Positions 1 through 7,331 of a stretch of DNA of 36,454 bases are shown in pieces. The first letter of the stretch is position 1; each line of letters starts with the position of its first letter. The DNA comes from an uncultured Bacilli bacterium (GTDB taxonomy: Bacteria; Bacillota_I; Bacilli_A; RF39; UBA660). Made by a program: the position numbers and the translations under genes. The stretch spans positions 1 through 36,454 of the forward strand of contig CANQYN010000002.1 of assembly GCA_947628105.1 (NCBI GenBank), in the 5' to 3' direction. The notes beneath the pieces were generated by a model. That model ran no database searches. It worked only from the letters and a program-made list of their open reading frames with translations, and was not told the DNA's origin.

Positions 1-12
1 GATATTAAATGT

Positions 13-1116
13 TTAGCTTCCTTTTCTTGTTGTCACACTTTTTCCGGTAAACGTGTGAGTATGTTCAGTTCCCGTTAATGTATGCGTATGGGATGTTCCA
101 GTAAACGTATGACTATGAGCTGTTCCCGTAAACGTATGCGTATGAGCTGCTCCCGTAAAGGTATGACTATGAGTAGTTCCAGTAAATGCATGCGTATGAC
201 TAGCCATTTCTTTTTCTTCTAATTTGTGAATTTTTTCTCCTCCTGTTTTTCCCATTCCATTAAATTCAGTTTGAGAACTATCGTATCCAACTAATACTTT
301 CCCTTTCAAATCAGGAAGATTAAAAGAAGTAGATCCATCCCCAGAACCATATACGCTTTTGATTTTATCATACAATTTTTTATATGTCTTTCTCATCACT
401 TCTTGTCCGTTTGCTTCTAAATATCCTTTAGGTATATCTGAACCTCCAAAGGCAACAATTCCACCTATTGGAGTCTTATCAATTTGTACGATACTAGCTG
501 TACAACTTCGATATCCTAATTCTTCATTACTTTTAAAACGCATAATAAAATATCCATTTTTTTGTAATTGAAAATTTGCTACTCCAAGTCTTTCATCATC
601 ACTATATTTTTTCCAACTTTTTCCATTATCTAGAGAATAACTATATTCATAATCTCCTCCTACAGGAAATTGAACTTCGACTTCTTTTTCAATTGCATAA
701 CCATTTGTTAAAATTTCACAATCGATATCTCCTAAGTTGGCATTAACAACTCCTTTTTCAATACATTCATATCTATTTACCCAGCCAAAATCCAATTTTT
801 CTTCTCCGTTGACTCTTGCACGTACTACATTTTCATCTGCTTTGTCTGGTAAATCTTCATACTGTAAATATTCACCTTGTTCTAATCGATCTGTAGAAAT
901 ACAATAAGTGTTTCCTTCTTCCAATGGATAAGCATTTTTATTATCATCCAAATATCGATCCGTTGCTTGATATAACAATCGTTGTTTAGAACCTTCCGTT
1001 TTTCCGGTTACTTGATTCATCATTTCTAATATTCTAGGAAACGCAATCAAACTAACCAATCCTAATAGAACAATTACAGCAAGTAATTCCACTAAAGTAA
1101 ATCCTCTTTTCTTCAT
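13..1116 (-). CDS. Type IV pilin-like protein (prepilin N-terminal cleavage/methylation motif) fused to a phage tail-collar-like domain and a C-terminal HxH nonapeptide repeat array
   Basis: The N-terminus MKKRG|FTLVELLAVIVLLGLV has the class III signal features G-1, F+1 and E+5 followed by a hydrophobic helix. Residues ~215-305 (IGGIVAFGG..GYLEANGQ..FNLPDLKGKVLVG..GGEKIHKLEEKEMASHTH) fit the tail-collar / MdpB-type pattern as I remember it. The tail carries six HxHxFTG units. An SD AGGAAG and a consensus promoter lie upstream; the stop is TAA at 13-15. Confidence 0.85.
   Translation of the reverse strand: MKKRGFTLVELLAVIVLLGLVSLIAFPRILEMMNQVTGKTEGSKQRLLYQATDRYLDDNKNAYPLEEGNTYCISTDRLEQGEYLQYEDLPDKADENVVRARVNGEEKLDFGWVNRYECIEKGVVNANLGDIDCEILTNGYAIEKEVEVQFPVGGDYEYSYSLDNGKSWKKYSDDERLGVANFQLQKNGYFIMRFKSNEELGYRSCTASIVQIDKTPIGGIVAFGGSDIPKGYLEANGQEVMRKTYKKLYDKIKSVYGSGDGSTSFNLPDLKGKVLVGYDSSQTEFNGMGKTGGEKIHKLEEKEMASHTHAFTGTTHSHTFTGAAHTHTFTGTAHSHTFTGTSHTHTLTGTEHTHTFTGKSVTTRKGS
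43..201 (-). repeat. In-frame 27-bp tandem repeat, about 6 copies, encoding (S/T/A/E)H(T/S)H(A/T)(F/L)TG(T/A/K)
   Basis: The plus strand shows period-27 units such as cgtaaacgtatgcgtatgagctgctcc. Translated units are SHTHAFTGT, THSHTFTGA, AHTHTFTGT, AHSHTFTGT, SHTHTLTGT and EHTHTFTG. Confidence 0.9.
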
Positions 1117-1145
1117 TTTTCAACTTCCTATCCTATTCTGTATCA

Positions 1146-1175
1146 ATTATACCTCTCATTTCATTGTTTTGTCAA
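1146..1175 (-). promoter_or_regulatory. Sigma-A type promoter for the pilin-like gene
   Basis: The minus strand reads TTGACA (1175-1170), an 18-nt spacer, then TATAAT (1151-1146). It lies about 30 nt upstream of the ATG, directly after the upstream terminator. Confidence 0.6.
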
Positions 1176-1203
1176 TCAAAAAAGCTATCTTTCTGATAGC
1201 TTT
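1176..1203 (-). terminator. Rho-independent terminator ending the Mur/AsnB operon
   Basis: The minus strand reads AAAGCTATC-agaaa-GATAGCTTT followed by a T-run. The hairpin overlaps the stop codon of the last asnB-like gene. Confidence 0.7.
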
Positions 1204-3031
1204 ATGATTCCATTTTCTCAAAAAATTCATGATACCAAACAAGAAATGTATAAACCGTCCAAATTTTTTTATAGTTATCTTTTTTATTATGACGATGTTC
1301 TTCTAACAGTTTTAATAATTTTTCTGTTTTAAATAATTTTTGACAAATATCACTTTGAAAAGCATCTTTTATCTCTAAATAAATATCTTCTTCCCTCATC
1401 CATTCACGAAGAGGAACAGGAAATCCTAATTTTTTCTTATTATAAGATTCATTAGGAATATCTCTTTTTGCAGCTTGACGAAGTGCTACTTTCGTATTTT
1501 CTTTCGTCACTTTTGCACTATCAGGTAACGTTCTAGCCACCTTAAAAACTTCAATATCAGTAAAAGGTACCCTTCCTTCTATCGAATGGGCCATCGTCAT
1601 TTTATCTGCTTTTTGAAAAATATCATTAATTAGCCAAAATTGAATATCGATTGCCTGTCTTTTAATAATATTACTTTGTCCTTTTTGAAGTTCACAAACA
1701 GATCGAATAATTTCTTTATTGCTTTTTGATTTATCTTCTATCTTTAAAATTTTTCTAGCTTCTTTTTCGGGATAAACAGCATTGACTCCAATATAACCAT
1801 CCTCTATTTTTTGCCCTCGCCTTACTAAAAAGTTAATTCCTCTTCGTTGTGGTAAAAAACTACAAAGAGTGGCAATAAAATGTCGAATCGGGTAAGGAAT
1901 TTTATTATAGAAGCTAACATCTACCTCTGCTCGATAAATATTATATCCGCCAAAAAATTCATCGGCTCCTTCTCCAGATAATACTACTTTCACATCACGA
2001 CTTGCCAATTCAGCGACAAAATAAAGTGCGACAGCAGCGGGATCTGCTAGTGGTTCATCCAAATGGTACATAATTTTTGGAATGACATCAAAATATTCTT
2101 CTTTTGATATTTTTTTACTAGTATTATTAATATGAAGTTGTTTCGCTAAATCTTGTGCATAACGAATTTCATCATACTTAGGAATATCATATCCCACCGT
2201 ATATGTTTTATCAGGTTTTGTCAAAGCAACTAAATAAGAAGAATCAATTCCACTACTTAAAAAGGAACCAACTTCTACATCACTTATCATATGATGAGAA
2301 GCAGAATCTTTCATCACTTTACTAATCTCATCGACAATTTCATCAAATGATCTTTCTTTTTGATCAAAAGTCAATTCAAAATAAGATTGAATATCTAAAT
2401 GACCTTCTTTAAATCGAAAATAATGACCTGGTTTTAATTTATAAACATTTTTAAAAAAAGTTTCTTCTGTCGGTGTATAATTAAATCGCAAATAAGCTGG
2501 TAAAATATCAGTATTTAGTTCTTTTTTAAATTCTGGATTTTTTAAAAAACTTTTAATTTCTGATCCATACATAAAAAATTCCTTATCATGATAATAATAA
2601 AGCGGTTTAATTCCAAAATAATCTCTCGCTCCAAATAATTCTTTCTTTTTTGTATCCCATATAACAAAAGCAAACATCCCACGAAGTTTTTTTAAGATAT
2701 CTACTCCATATTCTTCATAGCCATGTAAAATTACTTCTGTATCGGTCGTCGTTGTAAATTGATGTCCTTTTTTCTGTAATTCTTTTTTTATTTCTCGATA
2801 ATTATAAATTTCTCCATTAAAGGTAATTAACTTATCTTTTTTTTCATTAAAAATTGGTTGTTTCCCTGTATTTAAATCAATAATCGAAAGTCTTCGGTGT
2901 CCTAAAGCAACGATATCATCGATATAATAACCTTCATCATCTGGTCCTCGATGAACAATTTGAAAAAGCATATCTTTTAATATTTTTTCTTTGTTCTTTT
3001 TCTTACTAATATATCCTGTAATTCCGCACAT
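1202..3031 (-). CDS. asnB: Asparagine synthase (glutamine-hydrolysing) family amidotransferase, paralog 1
   Basis: N-terminal MCGI with the Ntn nucleophile Cys2. HRRLSIIDL..GKQP and SGG-type (SSGIDSS) PP-loop motifs are present. SD is AAGGAGG. Confidence 0.9.
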   Translation of the reverse strand: MCGITGYISKKKNKEKILKDMLFQIVHRGPDDEGYYIDDIVALGHRRLSIIDLNTGKQPIFNEKKDKLITFNGEIYNYREIKKELQKKGHQFTTTTDTEVILHGYEEYGVDILKKLRGMFAFVIWDTKKKELFGARDYFGIKPLYYYHDKEFFMYGSEIKSFLKNPEFKKELNTDILPAYLRFNYTPTEETFFKNVYKLKPGHYFRFKEGHLDIQSYFELTFDQKERSFDEIVDEISKVMKDSASHHMISDVEVGSFLSSGIDSSYLVALTKPDKTYTVGYDIPKYDEIRYAQDLAKQLHINNTSKKISKEEYFDVIPKIMYHLDEPLADPAAVALYFVAELASRDVKVVLSGEGADEFFGGYNIYRAEVDVSFYNKIPYPIRHFIATLCSFLPQRRGINFLVRRGQKIEDGYIGVNAVYPEKEARKILKIEDKSKSNKEIIRSVCELQKGQSNIIKRQAIDIQFWLINDIFQKADKMTMAHSIEGRVPFTDIEVFKVARTLPDSAKVTKENTKVALRQAAKRDIPNESYNKKKLGFPVPLREWMREEDIYLEIKDAFQSDICQKLFKTEKLLKLLEEHRHNKKDNYKKIWTVYTFLVWYHEFFEKMES

Positions 3032-3047
3032 AATATCCTCCTTCTTT

Positions 3048-4898
3048 TTATAACTCGATAAAATATTTTTGATACCAAGTTAGAAAGACAAATATATTAT
3101 AAATTTTTCTTCCATTATTTTCTATTTTTCGATAATGTTTTTCTAATAAATCGTTGATTTTTTCTTTTTCAAAGAAATTAGAAACAAAATCTTTTTGAAA
3201 CATTTCCTTTACTTGTTGATAATATTTTTTTTCATATAACCATTTAGAAAAAGGTACTGGAAAACCTAACTTTCTTCTTTTTGCCCATTCTTCTGGTATT
3301 GTTTCATTGGCAATTTCTCGAAATATATATTTCGTCTGTTTCTTTTTTACTAAATATTTTGTAGGAATTTGGGAAGCAATATCCCATAATTTTTTATCTA
3401 ACAATGGAGTTCTTAATTCCAATGAATGAGCCATAGCCATTTTATCGGCTTTTAAAAGCATATCTTGAGGTAACCAAAAATGAAAATCAATATACAGTTT
3501 TTTAGTAATATCATCTTGATTTTTAACTTTATCATAATATGGTTTAATTACATCGCGAATCATCATATTATCTTTTAATCGTGGAGCCAATATATCATTT
3601 GCTTCTTTTTCATTCATAATATAAGCATGTCCAAAATATCGTTCATAAAATGGTTGACTATACTTTATAATGGTATTTTTTCCAGGAAAGTGAGGAAGAG
3701 GAGTTGCGATCGTCGCAAAACTTCTTTTCACAAATTGTGGTAATTTAATATAAAGTTTTACTACATTAGGCTCATAATATTCATTATAACCGGCAAACAT
3801 TTCATCAGATCCTTCTCCAGATAATACTACTTTTACTTGTTTTGATGCTAAAGAAGATAAAAAATAAAGAGGAACGGTTGACAAATTAGCATGAGGTTCA
3901 TCTGTATGATATTGAATCATAGGGAGAGCTTCAAAATATTCATCCGTAGTAATAAATTTTCTTTTATTTTTAATTCCTAACATTTCCGATAAATCTTTTG
4001 CATATTCTGTCTCATCAAAGGTTAATCCCCCTTTTTTGTCCATATGAAAACCGACAGAAAACGTCTTATCTGGTTTCGCGACACTAACGACATAAGAAGA
4101 ATCAACACCTCCTGATAAATAAGCACCCACTTCTACATCAGAAGTAATTTGATGATATTTTACAGAATCTTCTAGAACTTCTTTTAATTCTTGTTTATAA
4201 CTATCATAATCTCTATCTTTTTTATTATATAAGATATCAAAATATTGTTTTACTTTTAATTTCCCATCTTTATATTGAAAATAATGACCTGGTTTTAACT
4301 TATAAACATTTTTAAAAAAAGTTTCTTCAAAAATTGAATATTGAAAAATCAAAAACATTTTTAATGGTTTATCATTGATTTCTTTTTTAAAATGAGGGTG
4401 TGGTAAAAAACTCTTAATTTCAGAGCCAAACATAAATTCATCATCACAATAGTAATAATAAAATGGTTTCATTCCAAAATGATCTCGAGCCCCCACTAAT
4501 TCTTTCGTTTTTTTATCATAAATAACAAAGGCAAACATCCCTCTTAATTGCGAAAAAAGCTTTTCATGATATTCTTCATAACCATGTAAAATTACTTCTG
4601 TATCAGTTGTTGTGGTAAATTGATGACCTTTTTCTATTAAATCTTTTTTTAGTTCTTGATAGTTATAAATTTCTCCATTAAAAATAATCATTTTGCTTTT
4701 ATCTTCGTTATAGATTGGTTGTTTTCCTGTATTTAAATCAATAATGGAAAGACGTCGATGTCCAAGAGCAATATCATCATCGATATAATAACCTTCATCA
4801 TCGGGTCCCCGATGAATAATTTTATCTGCCATATTTTTAATGATTTTTTTCTTTTTCTCTTTTTTTATCGTATCGATAAATCCGACAATCCCACACAT
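3048..4898 (-). CDS. asnB: Asparagine synthase (glutamine-hydrolysing) family amidotransferase, paralog 2
   Basis: MCGIVGF start, HRRLSIIDL..GKQP motif and SGGVDSS PP-loop. SD is AGGAGG. Tandem to paralog 1. Confidence 0.9.
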   Translation of the reverse strand: MCGIVGFIDTIKKEKKKKIIKNMADKIIHRGPDDEGYYIDDDIALGHRRLSIIDLNTGKQPIYNEDKSKMIIFNGEIYNYQELKKDLIEKGHQFTTTTDTEVILHGYEEYHEKLFSQLRGMFAFVIYDKKTKELVGARDHFGMKPFYYYYCDDEFMFGSEIKSFLPHPHFKKEINDKPLKMFLIFQYSIFEETFFKNVYKLKPGHYFQYKDGKLKVKQYFDILYNKKDRDYDSYKQELKEVLEDSVKYHQITSDVEVGAYLSGGVDSSYVVSVAKPDKTFSVGFHMDKKGGLTFDETEYAKDLSEMLGIKNKRKFITTDEYFEALPMIQYHTDEPHANLSTVPLYFLSSLASKQVKVVLSGEGSDEMFAGYNEYYEPNVVKLYIKLPQFVKRSFATIATPLPHFPGKNTIIKYSQPFYERYFGHAYIMNEKEANDILAPRLKDNMMIRDVIKPYYDKVKNQDDITKKLYIDFHFWLPQDMLLKADKMAMAHSLELRTPLLDKKLWDIASQIPTKYLVKKKQTKYIFREIANETIPEEWAKRRKLGFPVPFSKWLYEKKYYQQVKEMFQKDFVSNFFEKEKINDLLEKHYRKIENNGRKIYNIFVFLTWYQKYFIEL

Positions 4899-4907
4899 AA
4901 TATCCTC

Positions 4908-6137
4908 CTAATCTGATGTCCAATAGCTATTTTTATATTCTCGATAATAAACAACGTGTCTTTTAAATAAGAAAATTTGCCGTTTCAAATTTCTATCTTT
5001 AGAATATCGTATTGGATTTACTACTTTTCCTGGTTTCCATAATCGTAACATTTCTTTTTTAAATTTTTTATTTTTAATATATTTTTTCGCTACTCCTTTA
5101 GGAACAAAAGAAAGCAATACTTTTTCGTCTAAAAAACGATAATTCATATCTTTGTGATAGATAACATCATCGGCAAGTACTTGAATTAAATTGGCCCCAA
5201 TCGGTGTAATATAATAACTACATCTTCCTTGTCTAGCATTAATTTCTAATACTTTAAATCGATGATCTCTCACATCATATTTCATATCAAATTCAGCAAA
5301 TCCTTGATATCCGATTTCTTCCATAAATTTTTTTATGTTTTCTGCCATCTCTCGTACTCCAGGAAATTCTGAATATCCATTGATTAAGACAGCTGCATTC
5401 CCAACCATATTTTTACTTCTTTCTTGAAGTCCAATTTGAGCAAACGAAAGAAGTTTTACTTTTTTATGTCTATCACAATAAACAACAGCATCAAAAAGAT
5501 GACTATCATCTCCAGGAATAAATTCTTGAATAACTAATTTACTCTTATAACCATTTTCTTTTATTCGTTTGAGAACTTCCTGTAATTCTCCTTCATTTTC
5601 TAATTTGTAAATTTTATTTTTCCCCTCAAAATCAAGATGATTATATTCTATGACATTACAAGGTTTTACAACGATAGGATATGTCAATTTGTCTTGAAAT
5701 AATCGATCTTGAGAACAGTCATAATAATAAGTTTTAGGAAAATCTAGACAAGAGTCCTGATAAGTTTGATAAAATTTATCTTTCATAATTAAATTTTGAA
5801 TAATTTCTTTATCAGGATAATTATATACATAATTTTTATGAAGCTTCTTTTTATTTTTAGCGATAAATTCCGCATAAGTTTCATTACTACTGACAAGTAA
5901 TATCTTTTTATTTGGATGCTTTTTTTGAAAATCATCTAGTGCTTTTAAAAAACCCTTTTCTGTCCATATTTCTTGATTATATTCCAACGTTAAAATATTG
6001 GTAAGTTCTGTATAAGGAGTAATACTATGACCTTTTCTTCCAATTAAATAAGCCTTTTTATGATATGCTTCATGGTAACATCTAGCCATATAATAGGCAT
6101 TGGCATCTGTTCCCATAATAAGTACTTCAAAGTCCAT
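4908..6137 (-). CDS. ATP-grasp carboxylate-amine ligase, D-aspartate-ligase-like (COG3919-type)
   Basis: The N-terminus VLIMGTDANAYYMARCYHEAYHK resembles the LLGSD.N.YGMARSF.EAYG start I recall for Enterococcus faecium Aslfm. The central YPIVVKP..QEFIPGDD..EINAR pattern is typical of ATP-grasp folds. SD is AGGAGGG. Confidence 0.65.
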   Translation of the reverse strand: MDFEVLIMGTDANAYYMARCYHEAYHKKAYLIGRKGHSITPYTELTNILTLEYNQEIWTEKGFLKALDDFQKKHPNKKILLVSSNETYAEFIAKNKKKLHKNYVYNYPDKEIIQNLIMKDKFYQTYQDSCLDFPKTYYYDCSQDRLFQDKLTYPIVVKPCNVIEYNHLDFEGKNKIYKLENEGELQEVLKRIKENGYKSKLVIQEFIPGDDSHLFDAVVYCDRHKKVKLLSFAQIGLQERSKNMVGNAAVLINGYSEFPGVREMAENIKKFMEEIGYQGFAEFDMKYDVRDHRFKVLEINARQGRCSYYITPIGANLIQVLADDVIYHKDMNYRFLDEKVLLSFVPKGVAKKYIKNKKFKKEMLRLWKPGKVVNPIRYSKDRNLKRQIFLFKRHVVYYREYKNSYWTSD

Positions 6138-6147
6138 CTTTTCCCTC

Positions 6148-7320
6148 CTAATATTTTATTTCTTTTTCATCATATATTCGTGGAACTCGATTTGTAATTG
6201 ATAACAACAACTGATAAGCATTGCTTTTCTTTTTTAAAGCTGCTTCTTTTACACTAATAGTATCTCCAAAAATTTCTACCTTATCATGTAAAGAAACAGA
6301 ATCATCAATTTGAATTATCGTCATATCCATACATATTTCCCCTATAATCGGATATTTTTTTCCATGAATTATCACTTCTTTAAAATCCAAACTCATCCCA
6401 TCCGCATAACCAATCGGTAAAATAGCAATCGTCATATCATCTTTGGCCTGATAAGAAGCGCGATAGCCAATTACTTCTCCTCGTTTTACTTGTTTGATAC
6501 TCATCACCTCTGTATAAAGTGAAAAAGCCGTTTGTAATGCAAGATGGTTTTCAAGATGTGTTTTTGAAATTTGAGTTTTTTTCAAATAACAATTTCGTTT
6601 GATTAATCGAAGTTTTCTTTTTATTCCACGACCGAAAGAAATACTTTGATTAAAACCATACATAATAATTCCTAAACGAATTCCATTAACAAAATCTGGT
6701 TTATCGTGATTTACTAAGGTTAATGATCTTCCCATATGAATTATCTTAACAGAAGTTAAATCGATATCTTTTAAAAGAAATTGAAATTTTTGGTATTGTC
6801 GATCCCAATATATATCATGAACTCCTTGCGTAGCAAAATGAGTATATATTCCTTCTACCTCGATATTTTTTTCTTGTTGTAATCCATAAAATACAGTTTC
6901 AAACTCTTCTTTTTCTTTGAAGCCTAATCGATTCATTCCCGTATCTAATTTTATATGTACCTTTAATTTTTTTGATAATTTTTCTCTTTTTAATTCTTGA
7001 TAGTAAGAAAAAGATTCCACCGTTATTGTTATATGTTGGCGAATACATTCTTCTAAGTAAGAAATAGGAATCACTTCTAAACATAAAATAGGAATAGTTT
7101 CATTCCATTTTCGAATACTTAATGCTTCTTCTAAAGAAGAGACAGCTAAATAATTGACTCCTCCTTTTATTAAGTCATTTACAATATAATCTCCATGTCC
7201 ATAAGCATTTCCTTTCACGACTCCAATATAGTATTGATAATTGGGATAATGCTTTTTAATTTCTTTGATATTATTTGTTAAAATTTCTGGTTTAATAGAA
7301 ACATAAGTATTTCGATACAT
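6148..7320 (-). CDS. alr: PLP-dependent alanine racemase family protein
   Basis: VVKGNAYGHG PLP-lysine motif, PIGYADG motif and a C-terminal RVPRIY-type end. There seems to be a basic ~25-aa insertion (GRGIKRKLRLIKRNCYLKKTQISK) relative to the Alr sequences I remember. Confidence 0.85.
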   Translation of the reverse strand: MYRNTYVSIKPEILTNNIKEIKKHYPNYQYYIGVVKGNAYGHGDYIVNDLIKGGVNYLAVSSLEEALSIRKWNETIPILCLEVIPISYLEECIRQHITITVESFSYYQELKREKLSKKLKVHIKLDTGMNRLGFKEKEEFETVFYGLQQEKNIEVEGIYTHFATQGVHDIYWDRQYQKFQFLLKDIDLTSVKIIHMGRSLTLVNHDKPDFVNGIRLGIIMYGFNQSISFGRGIKRKLRLIKRNCYLKKTQISKTHLENHLALQTAFSLYTEVMSIKQVKRGEVIGYRASYQAKDDMTIAILPIGYADGMSLDFKEVIIHGKKYPIIGEICMDMTIIQIDDSVSLHDKVEIFGDTISVKEAALKKKSNAYQLLLSITNRVPRIYDEKEIKY

Positions 7321-7331
7321 AAAAATCCTCC

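Noticed and set aside
43-201. Regular 27-bp repeat as a possible CRISPR array or non-coding satellite
   Set aside because: The repeats are contiguous with no spacers. They are in frame within a long ORF and encode a coherent HxHxFTG peptide repeat.
359-571. Short plus-strand ORFs (359-571, 11651-12019, 11766-11981, 14107-14307, 17926-18108, 18734-18946, 22674-22889, 29461-29682, 33579-33779, 34389-34601, 35158-35373) and short minus-strand ORFs 6899-7084 and 30357-30554
   Set aside because: Almost all lie inside, or largely overlap, well-supported genes (mostly antisense). 33579-33779 instead runs mostly through the murE2 upstream intergenic region, clipping the ends of two genes. All have low-complexity F/L/I/K-rich translations typical of shadow frames in AT-rich DNA, and none has a convincing SD.
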